NCBI GenBank assembly: GCA_043815505.1
Contig: JBDRIV010000002.1
Location: 116,784 to 180,783, forward strand
Origin: a bacterium
Lineage (GTDB): Bacteria > Patescibacteriota > JABMPQ01 > JBDRIV01
Length of the DNA stretch: 64,000 nt
Direction: 5' to 3'
Part shown: piece by piece, positions 1 to 10,806 of the stretch
How the letters are laid out: each line of letters opens with the position of its first letter
Position numbering within the stretch: position 1 is the first letter of the stretch
The notes under the pieces: model-generated
What the model saw: the letters and a program-made list of their open reading frames with translations, nothing else
What the model was told of the DNA's origin: nothing
Database searches by the model: none
Position numbers and translations under genes: made by a program

Positions 1-50
1 ATTATAATGAAGAGTAGTCCCCAACCAAAATTTTTAAATAGATTTTTCAT
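1..50 (-). CDS. 5' fragment of a CDS running off the window (MKNLFKNFGWGLLFII...), possibly FtsH
   Basis: ATG at 50 overlaps the tilS 3' end; hydrophobic N-terminus; tilS-ftsH is a common gene order. Confidence 0.45.
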   Translation of the reverse strand, partial: MKNLFKNFGWGLLFII

Positions 51-1431
51 AACTGTATATAATGTTAGATTGTTTAAATGGTTTAACTTTTAAGGTTAAA
101 TATTTCTTTGTTTGTTTACCTACTAAAAATTTGCGATCAGCTTTTATACCTACGATCCAAACAATATTGTTAGATTGAGTGGTTAAAACTGGAATTTTAT
201 TGCGCAGGAATTTAGGAATTTTTAAATCGGTGAAAATGTCTTGCAGTTTTTTCTTACCCTTCATGCCCCTGGGATGAATCGTGTCGCCCGGTTGCCAAGT
301 TCTGATAAGCAATTTATCTCCCGTTTTATCTTTATCAAAAACTTGGACAAATTTTGAAATTACCGCTTTTTGCTGAGAGGGCAAAACCTCTAAATTGAAT
401 TCTGAAAAAGTGCTTTTCTTTTCTAAATCAACAAATTCTGGATTAGATAAAACTTCTTTTTTTGGTTTATAACTGATAGCGATTTTATCATATCCCCACT
501 CACAATGCAATCCTGCTGGAAGCTCAATTTTACCACTAACTTTGTTGGAAGCAAAACATTTTTGAATGGCTAAAACATGCTTAGCTGTAATATTGGAAAG
601 ATTGGGTAAAAGTCTTTTTAGTAAATTGTGCAAAACAGCATTTTGTAGTCCTCTTTTTAAATTCTTAAATTCAATACGATCAACGATAATCTCATCAATA
701 TAGAAGTGTAGAGAGTTATTGTTTTGTAGAAAAATAATCTCTTTATCGGCAATTTCTGAAATAGTATCAACTGCCAAGCGATGGGCTTTTGAGGCTTGAT
801 TAAGGGTAAAAATTAGATTGGGATTGTAGGTTTTTAATAGTGGAATTAATTCGTGACGAATACGATTACGGGAAATTTTCACATTTTGATTAGAAGCGTC
901 TAAACGGTAGGAGGTATTGCTAGATTTTAGAAATTGTAAAATTTCTTTTCTACTAATTTCTCTTAAAGGGCGAATATAGAAATCTCTGGTAATGGGAATT
1001 CCAGCCAGTCCAAGTGGCCCAGAGCCTCGTAAGAAAAATTGAATAATAGTTTCTACATTATCATTTAAATTGTGTCCCAGAGCAACTTTATCAGCTTGAA
1101 AATGTTTCTTGGCTTGCCGGTAAAACTTATAACGAGATTTTCTAGCTGTTGTTTCTCCCTTTAATTTATTGTGAGAAGATTGAGAGAAAAAAGGTAGTTT
1201 ATTTTGTTTGGCAAATTGCGCAACAAATTCTTCATCTTTATCAGAAGCTAATTTTCTCATTTTATGATTAAAATGAGCAACGCAAAGCTTTAAATTAAAT
1301 TCTTTAGCAATCGCTTGCAACATTTTTAGCAGGCACATCGAATCGGGGCCGCCTGAAACCGCCACCACAATTTTATCTCCCGGAGAGATTAAATTATTTT
1401 CTTTAATTGTCCGTTTAAATTTGTTCAGCAT
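34..1431 (-). CDS. tilS: tRNA(Ile)-lysidine synthetase
   Basis: SGGPDS PP-loop, ARxxRY, GHNLND, RNRIR, C-terminal TilS-C domain. Confidence 0.97.
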   Translation of the reverse strand: MLNKFKRTIKENNLISPGDKIVVAVSGGPDSMCLLKMLQAIAKEFNLKLCVAHFNHKMRKLASDKDEEFVAQFAKQNKLPFFSQSSHNKLKGETTARKSRYKFYRQAKKHFQADKVALGHNLNDNVETIIQFFLRGSGPLGLAGIPITRDFYIRPLREISRKEILQFLKSSNTSYRLDASNQNVKISRNRIRHELIPLLKTYNPNLIFTLNQASKAHRLAVDTISEIADKEIIFLQNNNSLHFYIDEIIVDRIEFKNLKRGLQNAVLHNLLKRLLPNLSNITAKHVLAIQKCFASNKVSGKIELPAGLHCEWGYDKIAISYKPKKEVLSNPEFVDLEKKSTFSEFNLEVLPSQQKAVISKFVQVFDKDKTGDKLLIRTWQPGDTIHPRGMKGKKKLQDIFTDLKIPKFLRNKIPVLTTQSNNIVWIVGIKADRKFLVGKQTKKYLTLKVKPFKQSNIIYSYEKSI

Positions 1432-1441
1432 ATTTGAATAA

Positions 1442-1466
1442 ACCAGCCCCTTTGGCGGGGCTGGTG
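1442..1466. terminator. GC-rich hairpin between rpsA and tilS
   Basis: accagcccc...ggggctggt inverted repeat. Confidence 0.6.
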
Positions 1467-1467
1467 T

Positions 1468-2664
1468 TTATTCCTTCTTAGCTTTTTTAACTTCTAGTTT
1501 TGACTCAGTTGATTTTGAATCTTTCAAAGTTAGCCCCAAGCGATGGTTGTCTGGGTCGATGGATATTATACGGAATTTCTTTTTCTCACCGATGGAGAAA
1601 ATGTCTTTAGGATTAACATCTTTTTTACCAGCCAGCTCAGAAATGTGGGCTAAGCCATGAATTTCGTTATCCAATTGAACAAAGGCGCCAAAGGGTGTGA
1701 TTTTAATAATCTCACCTTCAACATCTTGACCAACTTTATAATGTTTCATAGCTTCTTGCCACGGATCTTTTACCAATTTTTTCATTGATAAAGAAATCTT
1801 TTCGTTATCAATAGAAATAATTTCAGCATCAACTTTTTGACCGACTTTTACAATATCGCCGGGATCATCAATGCGTTGCCAAGCTAATTCCGAGATGTGA
1901 ACCAGGCCTTCAAGATCATCATCAAATTTTATAAAAACTCCAAAATCAACAATACCGGAAACTCTTCCTTTGACAACTTGGCCAACTTTAAAGTCTTTAA
2001 GTCTTTCTTTGTGTTCTTCAGCGTGAGCAGCTTTTTCCGAAATGATAAGCTTTTCTTCTCCTGGATCGACGCCAATAATACGAACCTTAAATTTGGTTCC
2101 CATGTAAGATTTTAGACGAGTTAAAATTTCATCTTGGTTTCCTCCTTCAACGCGCGGATAATGCTCAGGTGTTAATTGAGAAACCGGCAGGAAGGCAGGA
2201 AGGCCAGAGATAATGGTTAATAAACCACCCTTGTTGGCTTCATTAATTTTAACGGATAAAACTTCTTTGTCGTCCATTTTCTTGGCTAAATCTTCCCAAG
2301 CTTGTTGCTTGGAGATTTGTTTGAATGAGAGCTCAATGTTGCCATTTTCATTTTCGTAATCAACAACATTAGCAGACAATTTGTCGCCGACTTTTAAATC
2401 GTCATACATGTCAATTGATTCAAAAAGTTCTTGGCCGCGTACAACACCAACGCCGTAGGGACCGAGGTCCACGTAAATAGCGTTTTTGCTTATATCTAAA
2501 ATAATACCCTCAACAGTGTCTCCCAACTGGGGTATAGATATGGTGGAAGATTCTAGTAAATCTCCCATGGTGCCGTCGCCACTAACTTCAATGTCAGTGT
2601 CGGGCTCTTCAGATTTTTTATCGATAAGCTCGGAGAAGCTCATTTTCGAACTTTCCTTAGTCAT
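1468..2664 (-). CDS. rpsA: 30S ribosomal protein S1 (4 S1 domains)
   Basis: repeated S1 motifs (DFGVFI, EGLVHISEL, PFGAFV, GLAHISEL). Confidence 0.95.
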   Translation of the reverse strand: MTKESSKMSFSELIDKKSEEPDTDIEVSGDGTMGDLLESSTISIPQLGDTVEGIILDISKNAIYVDLGPYGVGVVRGQELFESIDMYDDLKVGDKLSANVVDYENENGNIELSFKQISKQQAWEDLAKKMDDKEVLSVKINEANKGGLLTIISGLPAFLPVSQLTPEHYPRVEGGNQDEILTRLKSYMGTKFKVRIIGVDPGEEKLIISEKAAHAEEHKERLKDFKVGQVVKGRVSGIVDFGVFIKFDDDLEGLVHISELAWQRIDDPGDIVKVGQKVDAEIISIDNEKISLSMKKLVKDPWQEAMKHYKVGQDVEGEIIKITPFGAFVQLDNEIHGLAHISELAGKKDVNPKDIFSIGEKKKFRIISIDPDNHRLGLTLKDSKSTESKLEVKKAKKE

Positions 2665-2717
2665 TTAAGACCAGCTCCTTTCTTGTTTGGTGTCTACTAA
2701 AATTTAGTAGCTTATCT

Positions 2718-2746
2718 ATAATAGTTTATATTTTAAATTTTGGCAA
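2718..2746 (-). promoter_or_regulatory. sigma70-like promoter of rpsA
   Basis: TTGCCA-17bp-TATTAT on minus strand. Confidence 0.6.
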
Positions 2747-2802
2747 GCTAAAGCTTCAGTTTTACTAAAATAAGGGAATTAGAACACAAACTAGGACTGG
2801 GC
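2747..2802. repeat. degenerate copy of GC-clamped palindromic element
   Basis: same tggcaag...cagtttt...aaact...gggcaag frame as the 40918 element. Confidence 0.45.
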
Positions 2803-2813
2803 AAGCATAAGAG

Positions 2814-3176
2814 TTATAGATTATTAGGTGAGACGTTTTTAAGGTGTTTGATTTCGCACTTTTGACCTTGTTTAAGCATAATGGACACAACGTCTAACCG
2901 AAATCTTCTGGGCTTGATAGTTTGTAAATAGATATAAGCACTATTTAAAATACGTTGCATTTTTTGTTTGGTAACAGCTGCCTCAGGTGATCCAAAGCGA
3001 TGAGAAGTTCTGGTTTTAACTTCAACCAAAACCAGCTCATTTTTATCGTGAGCAATGATATCAATTTCACCGTAACGGCAATTCCAACCTACAGTAATTA
3101 TTTTGTAGCCTAAATCTTGTAAAAAATTACAGGCAATTTCTTCACCTCTTTTCCCTAGTGGTGATGAATTTTTCAT
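2814..3176 (-). CDS. yraN: YraN family (UPF0102) endonuclease-like protein
   Basis: GxxGE, GEIDII, VEVKTR, RLDV motifs; start moved to MKNSS. Confidence 0.92.
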   Translation of the reverse strand: MKNSSPLGKRGEEIACNFLQDLGYKIITVGWNCRYGEIDIIAHDKNELVLVEVKTRTSHRFGSPEAAVTKQKMQRILNSAYIYLQTIKPRRFRLDVVSIMLKQGQKCEIKHLKNVSPNNL

Positions 3177-3234
3177 AATTCCATATAATAAAAATCGTTT
3201 CCCCAGTTCAAAGAAAACGATTTTTTGTAGAGAT

Positions 3235-3771
3235 CTAGTTCTTTGCGAGAATGAAGGCAAAATGATGTGAGCCGGCGTTAAGTTCTTCTTTAATATCGAA
3301 ACCATATTTTCCAAATTCAGTTTTTATTTTGTCGGGGTCAAGTCTTTGCTCATCATTTGGTCCTGGAGATCCAGTTCCAGGTTTCCATTCCACAATTAGA
3401 ATTTGCCCACCATCTTTTAAAACCCTGTCCGCTTCTTCGTAAATTGGTTTATGATTATTTGATTGGTATAAAACATTAACAAGCAAAACGGCGTCTAAAC
3501 TATCATCTTTAATTTTTGTACTATTTGTTTGTTCTAAATCGGTCCAAATAGTTTTAATACTGGCCACATTATTTAATCTGATTTTACTTTGCAGGGCAGA
3601 AAGAACACTTTTTTGGACATCAACGGCGTAAACTTTGCCATCAACACCAACTTTTCTGGCTGCCGCAAAAGAAAAATATCCAGAACCACAACCAAAATCT
3701 GCAACTTGGCTACCATTTTTTATTGTAAGTTTAGATATTATGTTATCGGGATTGAGAAAATTATTTGTCAT
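3235..3771 (-). CDS. class I SAM-dependent methyltransferase
   Basis: VADFGCGSG motif I, VYAVDV, RVLKDGG. Confidence 0.9.
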   Translation of the reverse strand: MTNNFLNPDNIISKLTIKNGSQVADFGCGSGYFSFAAARKVGVDGKVYAVDVQKSVLSALQSKIRLNNVASIKTIWTDLEQTNSTKIKDDSLDAVLLVNVLYQSNNHKPIYEEADRVLKDGGQILIVEWKPGTGSPGPNDEQRLDPDKIKTEFGKYGFDIKEELNAGSHHFAFILAKN

Positions 3772-3777
3772 ATATTT

Positions 3778-6700
3778 TTAATTTAAAGGCGGATTTCCTT
3801 TTTTAAGACCGATGTCTCTATTTACTACGCCCTCTTTGCCACCTTCTATTTCAACTTGTTTGGGAGGGAAATAATAGCCATCTTTTTCAATAGTTAAAAT
3901 GTAACGATCAGGACCGACTAAGAATTGATATCGTCCGTCGCGACCAGTTACTTTCGTTAATAATAGTTTACCATATTGGGCGTCAAAAAGCCTTACGATA
4001 GCTCCTGACATCGCTTCGGTGGTATCAACATTAAAGACAATTCCCCAAGGTTTAACTTTGGCTCCGGTAGTTAGGCGTTTGAAAAGGAAGAATAACATAA
4101 TGTGAGCAATAAGGAAGGAGCCAGTATAATAGGATGGAGATATGGCGAAACTGAGGATACCAATTGTTGGCCCAAGGTAGGCTATAATTTTGTTGAAACC
4201 AAAGCGGACATTGCGTTTTAGTATTTTACGGTTTTCTGCAGCAATTTTAGTTTTGTCTAGCTGGGCAATTTTGGCTAAAGTGTTATTTGTAGTTTTAATA
4301 ATTTGACCTTGGTTAGCATAAAAGACAACATCTTCAGCTGGATCAAGAGGAATATTGTAATGAATATATGTTTGGGGAATGTCATTGCCATTGCTCTTTT
4401 CTTCTGCAGTAGCTGTAAAAGGATTGCCATAATATAATCTTTCAAAGACGCTATCCTTCTCAATATTGTTTAATAGTTTTGATGGAAAGACATAATTGTC
4501 TTTTTTAACGGTAATATAGTATTCCTTGTTGGGTTCAACAATGAAAGCATAACGACCCTCTTTGCCGGTAACTTGAGTTTCGATCAAGCGATTAGTGGCT
4601 TTTTCAAACAAACGTACAATGGCTAAATCGACAGGAGTTTTAGTAAGAGAATTATAAATTGTTCCCCATTTTTTACGTCTTTTAGCAGTACCGCCGAAAA
4701 GCAATTTAGGATCAGTAATAAAGCGTAGTAAGTAGGTGAAATATGGAGCAATTGATGAGGCAAAAGCCATCAAGCTATTCAATAAAGCCGAAGCGGCTAC
4801 CAAAGGAACAGCAATTTGATTATTGACTCTTTGCAGGGCTTCATTATTGACGATGTTCTTATTATAAGCATCAGAAATGGCGTTTGTTAAAGTATTAAAA
4901 ATATCTCTGGCGCCATCAATAATTCTATCAAAACCTTTCTTGTTATCTGCATCAACTTCAATTTCCACTGCTTCTTCTTCGGGAATCACGACTTCTTCCT
5001 CTTCTTGATCAGGATTTTTTGTGCCTACATTTAAACCGTATCCGAAATTAATAGCGTAGTTTTCACCGGCATATAAGGAAACGTAAATTGGTTCATTGTG
5101 TGTGGTATTACCGTAATCGTTTGGTAAACTATTTGAAGCGACATCAATTATATAAGACTGGCCACCAATATTGTTTAGGCTGAAATTTCCAGAGGTGTTG
5201 GAAGAGCTGGAGAGAATAAGATCATCAAGTGCTCTGTTTAATACACGATCACCATTGTCTTCGTACAGATTAATGGTTACATTTTGCAAACCATTTTCAG
5301 TTGAATTTTGACGACCGTCATTGTTTTTGTCGTCAAAGACAACCCCACTTATAGAGCCATTAACCACTGGATTACTGGTAGTGTTACTGCTAACTGTTCT
5401 GGCGCCGGGATCGAATGTTCCCGTGGCATTGTTGGAAATTGAAGTTAAAGCATTAGGATTAGGAACTTTGGCTCTAAACAAAACGTAGCCAGAGCTGCTG
5501 GGCGCAACACTTGATATAGAAAAGGTTGTGTCTGCTGATGATGGGCTGTAATGAGCACTGTCAGAATCTTGAATATCTGTTTGGGGAATGCTGTTTATAG
5601 AAATAGATGAGGAAATGAAGCTAAGTCCTGATGGAACTGGGTCTTGAATTCTAATATTATTTATTTCTTCTTGGCCAACATTGGTATAATCTATGCGGTA
5701 TGTTAATTCGTCACCACCAGACACTATTTTTCCGTTATCATCATAAGGTGAAGCGAGAAGAACTCCGGGGAAGTTTAAGAGAATTAAAGGCAAAATTACT
5801 CCCACAGCTAGTTTAACAAGAGTTAGGGAAAGGGCTGAAGAAATTGTCCAAACCGTGGTTTGTCTTTCTTTTTTGAAGGTTGTAAAAGAATATTGATAGG
5901 TTCCTTGTTGATCTTTATCTTTTTGTGAAGCGATAACAAAAGTTACAGCTGGTCGTTTTGCTATATTATATATTATAGAAGTAATAACACTGAAGCGATG
6001 TTTTAAAACAGCAAGAGTTGGTTGTTTATGAGCAATGGCTTTAATTACTTCTCTGGTTAGGAATACTAATATGATAGCAAGTAGTACCCACAAAAGAATA
6101 TTTATGGAAACATTTAAAATATATAAGAAGGTGGCGGCGCTGGTTTCTTGTTTGGCTAAAACATTTTCGTTATTTGATACTGCACCTAAAACACTACCGG
6201 TATTAATGCCCACGCTTTTGGAGAGTTGTAAACTTTCTTTGTAAAAGGTTATATCAATTGTGCCTTGTATTTCGTCTGCAACTTCAGCCGTAATGGTTTC
6301 GGTGCCATAAGCTTCATCGGCAACTGTATAAATTGTTTCCACAACACCATCAACAGTGGTAGCTGTTTCAACGTCAAGTGTGCCATTTCCAGAGGTGAAT
6401 AAATTCACTTCAATACCATCTTCCACCTTGTTACCATATTGATCTGTTATTTCAGCATAAACTTTGGTGGATTCGTTTTGATCAACAACAAGAGAAATTA
6501 AATCAGCGGTCATGGTTACTATAGCTGGTGGGTCAGCAACAACGGGATTGGAAACACTATTAGAACTACTAGTAGAACTACTAGAGGTATTATAACCTGT
6601 AGATCCTTGTCCAGTGTCTAAAATTTCGTCGGCAGTAAATGATGATTGATTATCAATGGTTTCTGTTTCAATTACATTATTAACAGTTGCCTGGAAGGTA

Positions 6701-9700
6701 ATAGCTTCTTCTGAGGTGTAATCAAAGGCAATGTCTCTAAGGATTGGAGTTGTGTCAGGGTTTAAAGTGGCAAGAGTAGTTTTGTACTGAATATAGCGCG
6801 TATTATCTAAATCTTCATTAATTGGTTGACCATCACTAAGATTTATCCACGAGGTTGTCCAATTATATTGCCCTTCACTAATTCTAGAGTCGGCAACTCG
6901 AGCAGCAACTTGCAAAGACGTGCCAGCTGGTACATTAGCGCTCCAATTAGAGGTGTTAAAGTTTACATATCCTCCTAAATCAATAACTGATGATTCCAAG
7001 GAAGCGGTATTATAGTATTCGTAATATCTACCACCATAATAAATCTTTTTATAATCTTCAGAGACTGGTTTTTCTTCCCAAACAGAATAAAAACCATTAT
7101 TGGGCAATATGACGACCGAAGGATTGGTTTCGTTTACTTTTTCAATCTGCAATTCGATATTATTCTCATCAATTTTGTTTTCATTGTAATCAAAAGTTTG
7201 AGCATAGGTGCTGTTGGATGAGCCATTAACTCTCTGGTCATTCCAGATAACTACAAAAAATGGATTGGTCAAGTCTTCATCATTGATAGTGACTGATGAA
7301 TAATCTTGAACGAAAGAAGTTTCATCATCATTAGCTCGTGTGGCGTATGTACTATCAACTGGACTTCCTTGTTTGGAAAATCTTCTGATCAAAATGTCTT
7401 TATCTTTGTCATTTAAACTTTTTTCAGCAGTCCAACTAAAAACCATGGATCCTACTCTATCCAAGGCAATATTAGGTTTTGACGGATTTATATAAGTAGT
7501 TCCAGGAATGTCGGCATTAACTTGGAAGCGAGAGCCGTTAAATGAACCATCGGTATTTATCTTGCGAGCATAAATGATTTGCAGTGAACCATCATTCTCT
7601 ACCCAGGTGACAACAAAATTGGTTGTACGATCAATGGCGACTGCTGGATCAGATTGATTAGCACTAATAGTTTCCTCTGTACTGTCATTTAAAACCTGGA
7701 CATTAGATCCTTTTTTATTTAAATCATAATCATATTGTTGAAAATAAATATCAGTATCATCATCGGTATATTCTTCTCTCATATCTTCCCAGACCACCAC
7801 AAAATTACCCATTGGATCCATAGCAACATTAGGATTGTATTGACTTACGTTTGCATTATCATCATTGACTCGCACAGGAGCGCTGGCTTTATTATCATTT
7901 GCCAAAACAACTTGATAATAGATGTCTTGAGAAGAATTTCTGTTATCTTCCCAAACAACCACATATTTACCATTTTCTGAAACGGCCACTTGCGGATTGG
8001 AGGCGGAAACGGCGGTATGATTAATTCTTGATATTGAACAAGCATTTTGATTAACATCTTTACGAGAAGAATAAATATTGCCACCTTCTTCATAAACTAT
8101 AATAATATTTCCTTGACTGTCAGCCGCAATATCGGGAGTAATCTGATCTACATCAACTGAATCGCAATACACAACTTCGTCATCATAAGTTTGAATTGTA
8201 TCCTCGGAGTCGTGGTCAATTTTAATTACGGTTTGAGAAGCGTCTTCAATATTTGTTCCATTACTGTATTTGGCGGGGTTAGAAAAATCAGCTTGACCAG
8301 AACTTTCCCATTCGGTTTGTTCAAACTCACCAGCCGGTAAATCTCTAATTGCATAACCACTAGCTAGTGGTAAATTATCAGAATTTACTTGGGTTGATCC
8401 AATATACAAAGAATTGGGTACGTAAGTTGTTCCGGTCGGAACTAGGTTAGTTACATTAATATTTGTTAAATCTCGAGCTTGTCCCAATTCGTTATTAGCC
8501 AAGCTTATTTTATAGGTTAATAAATCCCCTGGTCCAACTTCCATGCCATTGTCTGTATATATTCCATCTTGGTTAGCGTCAACTGACAAAGTTATGGGAT
8601 TACTGGTTCCTGGTAGGACAGTAAAGTTCTCTTCACTTTCAATTTCATATGATTCAACTTTTAATCTAATTGGACTAGCTCCTGCGTGTACGCCCGCTGG
8701 CATTTCTACTAACACTTTTGTGTTTGACCACTCCAATATTTCTAAGGCTTCTTCGAAAGCGGTGCCACGATATCTATAAGCATATCCAGTCGTGTTACCA
8801 AAATTTTCTCCACGAATCAAAACTTTATCACCGGCTGAACCTTCTGTTGGTTCAATGGAATTAAGTTTAAAAATATTATTATAATTAAATACCAAATTAT
8901 CAACTGTAGGAGTTGTGGCGGGATCAGTGCTTGATAAATAAACTCGGTATTGTAGATATTTTCTACGATCATGAATTGATAACATATCTTGTCCGGAGGT
9001 TACATCTTTCCAATTAGTCCAATTTCCTGGTCCATTGCTTTTATCATATGGAACGGCGGAGTTACCTGTTCGTACGCTCACAACAGCTTCTGTGTTGGCA
9101 GGTTGAGTTGCTTCAAAACTAACTGTTCCGAAGTTGCTAGTTCCACCAGTATAATAAACTGAGGATAATAAAACTCCACTTGGTTCGTACCCAGGTTTAA
9201 CTTTTACTCTATAAATTTCTTTATCCAGTGATATGACAGCTGGTTTTCTACTGAAAACTACTTGAGTATTATTGTTCTGATCAATGCCCACATCAGCATA
9301 TTCTTCATTACTAATTCCAGTGTTGCCAGAAATTTTAAAATCATACGGATACAATATATTGCCACCCCAAGCTACCTTGTTGCCATAAGTATAGTTGTTT
9401 CTACCCCCATCTTTCCAAATTACTAAAGCATTACCACTGGTGTCATAGGCGATGTTTGGTGATGTTTGGTCATCTCTCCCAGCGTCTATTTGATTTATTT
9501 TGAAATCTTCTCCAACATTTTCAATGGCTACATTGTCATTATCATCAGAATAAGCAAATCTAAATCGATGACCATAAATATCGACGTTTCCATTACGAGA
9601 GTCTTCCCATACAATCATTAGGTTTCTATTGTCTTTAGCGAGAGCTACTTTTGGATTCTGTTTTAAACTCGTGTTGTTGTCACTTACTCTTGAGCTGGTA

Positions 9701-10737
9701 GTTGTTCCGTTACTATTCCCAAACTGCATCACCGCACCATCAGGTTTAACAAATCGATAATAAATATCACTATTTAAACCATTGCTATAATTACGATAAT
9801 CTTCCCAAGCTGCTAAAAGATAATTATTTGAGCCAATAACTGTAACGTTTTTCTGGTCATTATCAACGGCACCTATACCGTCATTATCACTAACTAGTAC
9901 GTCAGTATCGTACAGTTTAGTTACATCATTTTTCGTAATATTATAATAAATATCCTTGTTGCCATTTCTGTCATCTTCCCAAAACATTGCAAACCAACCA
10001 TAGCCTACACCATTCATTATGTGTCCGTCAGGATTCATCTGATTATTATCATCTTGAGCGCTGGCTTGAACCGGAATATAATATTTAACTAATTCACATT
10101 CATCACCAACAAATCCTTCTCGAAAAGCATGAAAATTTACATCGTAGTTTCCGTCTTGATTATCATGCCAAGCTACAGCGGCTAGAAAATCATTTGCAAC
10201 TGGTGTGCTACCTGTTTTTGTAATTACTTCAGTTCCTCCATAGGTAACAGAGTTTGTTTTTAAGGTATCTGATGAGGCGTCTTGAGCATTTGATTCAGCA
10301 TCATAAACACGATAACCAATATTCTTTGTTGCCCCCGTTGATGACCAGGCAGTCAGATGATAATTTTGATTGGGTCCCTTTATAGCAGCGGTTGAAGGGG
10401 CGGTTTGAATTCCGGCAGAGGTTGAATTAGAGACCGCAACAGCTTTGTCAACTATTAACGAAGAAGCGCCGGTATCAAGTTGAATATTTCCCCCAGCTGT
10501 TATATTTTTGTCCCATAAGTATTTGGTCGAAGAAGAACTGGTGTAAGCAAATTGTCCTGTTCCTCCGCTCCAATTATTATTACTCCAACTAGAAGTGCTT
10601 TTTAGTTGTGTATTATCAGGATTTATTGGTATGAAAGCATTGGCAGGGCCTTGAGTTGCTAGAATAATAAAAAAGGAAACTAAAATTGTTCCTAAAAACA
10701 TCTTCTTTAAATATGAAGAAATATTATTCTTTTTCAT
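3778..10737 (-). CDS. giant (2319 aa) multidomain membrane-anchored surface protein
   Basis: signal peptide; WEDxR...DIY repeats in two modules; IPT/TIG-like, two DUF11-like, Big_1-like and SdrD-B-like segments; internal TM segments; C-terminal carboxypeptidase-regulatory-like repeats. Confidence 0.85.
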   Translation of the reverse strand: MKKNNISSYLKKMFLGTILVSFFIILATQGPANAFIPINPDNTQLKSTSSWSNNNWSGGTGQFAYTSSSSTKYLWDKNITAGGNIQLDTGASSLIVDKAVAVSNSTSAGIQTAPSTAAIKGPNQNYHLTAWSSTGATKNIGYRVYDAESNAQDASSDTLKTNSVTYGGTEVITKTGSTPVANDFLAAVAWHDNQDGNYDVNFHAFREGFVGDECELVKYYIPVQASAQDDNNQMNPDGHIMNGVGYGWFAMFWEDDRNGNKDIYYNITKNDVTKLYDTDVLVSDNDGIGAVDNDQKNVTVIGSNNYLLAAWEDYRNYSNGLNSDIYYRFVKPDGAVMQFGNSNGTTTSSRVSDNNTSLKQNPKVALAKDNRNLMIVWEDSRNGNVDIYGHRFRFAYSDDNDNVAIENVGEDFKINQIDAGRDDQTSPNIAYDTSGNALVIWKDGGRNNYTYGNKVAWGGNILYPYDFKISGNTGISNEEYADVGIDQNNNTQVVFSRKPAVISLDKEIYRVKVKPGYEPSGVLLSSVYYTGGTSNFGTVSFEATQPANTEAVVSVRTGNSAVPYDKSNGPGNWTNWKDVTSGQDMLSIHDRRKYLQYRVYLSSTDPATTPTVDNLVFNYNNIFKLNSIEPTEGSAGDKVLIRGENFGNTTGYAYRYRGTAFEEALEILEWSNTKVLVEMPAGVHAGASPIRLKVESYEIESEENFTVLPGTSNPITLSVDANQDGIYTDNGMEVGPGDLLTYKISLANNELGQARDLTNINVTNLVPTGTTYVPNSLYIGSTQVNSDNLPLASGYAIRDLPAGEFEQTEWESSGQADFSNPAKYSNGTNIEDASQTVIKIDHDSEDTIQTYDDEVVYCDSVDVDQITPDIAADSQGNIIIVYEEGGNIYSSRKDVNQNACSISRINHTAVSASNPQVAVSENGKYVVVWEDNRNSSQDIYYQVVLANDNKASAPVRVNDDNANVSQYNPNVAMDPMGNFVVVWEDMREEYTDDDTDIYFQQYDYDLNKKGSNVQVLNDSTEETISANQSDPAVAIDRTTNFVVTWVENDGSLQIIYARKINTDGSFNGSRFQVNADIPGTTYINPSKPNIALDRVGSMVFSWTAEKSLNDKDKDILIRRFSKQGSPVDSTYATRANDDETSFVQDYSSVTINDEDLTNPFFVVIWNDQRVNGSSNSTYAQTFDYNENKIDENNIELQIEKVNETNPSVVILPNNGFYSVWEEKPVSEDYKKIYYGGRYYEYYNTASLESSVIDLGGYVNFNTSNWSANVPAGTSLQVAARVADSRISEGQYNWTTSWINLSDGQPINEDLDNTRYIQYKTTLATLNPDTTPILRDIAFDYTSEEAITFQATVNNVIETETIDNQSSFTADEILDTGQGSTGYNTSSSSTSSSNSVSNPVVADPPAIVTMTADLISLVVDQNESTKVYAEITDQYGNKVEDGIEVNLFTSGNGTLDVETATTVDGVVETIYTVADEAYGTETITAEVADEIQGTIDITFYKESLQLSKSVGINTGSVLGAVSNNENVLAKQETSAATFLYILNVSINILLWVLLAIILVFLTREVIKAIAHKQPTLAVLKHRFSVITSIIYNIAKRPAVTFVIASQKDKDQQGTYQYSFTTFKKERQTTVWTISSALSLTLVKLAVGVILPLILLNFPGVLLASPYDDNGKIVSGGDELTYRIDYTNVGQEEINNIRIQDPVPSGLSFISSSISINSIPQTDIQDSDSAHYSPSSADTTFSISSVAPSSSGYVLFRAKVPNPNALTSISNNATGTFDPGARTVSSNTTSNPVVNGSISGVVFDDKNNDGRQNSTENGLQNVTINLYEDNGDRVLNRALDDLILSSSSNTSGNFSLNNIGGQSYIIDVASNSLPNDYGNTTHNEPIYVSLYAGENYAINFGYGLNVGTKNPDQEEEEVVIPEEEAVEIEVDADNKKGFDRIIDGARDIFNTLTNAISDAYNKNIVNNEALQRVNNQIAVPLVAASALLNSLMAFASSIAPYFTYLLRFITDPKLLFGGTAKRRKKWGTIYNSLTKTPVDLAIVRLFEKATNRLIETQVTGKEGRYAFIVEPNKEYYITVKKDNYVFPSKLLNNIEKDSVFERLYYGNPFTATAEEKSNGNDIPQTYIHYNIPLDPAEDVVFYANQGQIIKTTNNTLAKIAQLDKTKIAAENRKILKRNVRFGFNKIIAYLGPTIGILSFAISPSYYTGSFLIAHIMLFFLFKRLTTGAKVKPWGIVFNVDTTEAMSGAIVRLFDAQYGKLLLTKVTGRDGRYQFLVGPDRYILTIEKDGYYFPPKQVEIEGGKEGVVNRDIGLKKGNPPLN

Positions 10738-10806
10738 GTTTATTTAGCTATAAAATACGTAATCCTTATTATATTTATTATACGATATTACAACTCTTTG
10801 TACAAA

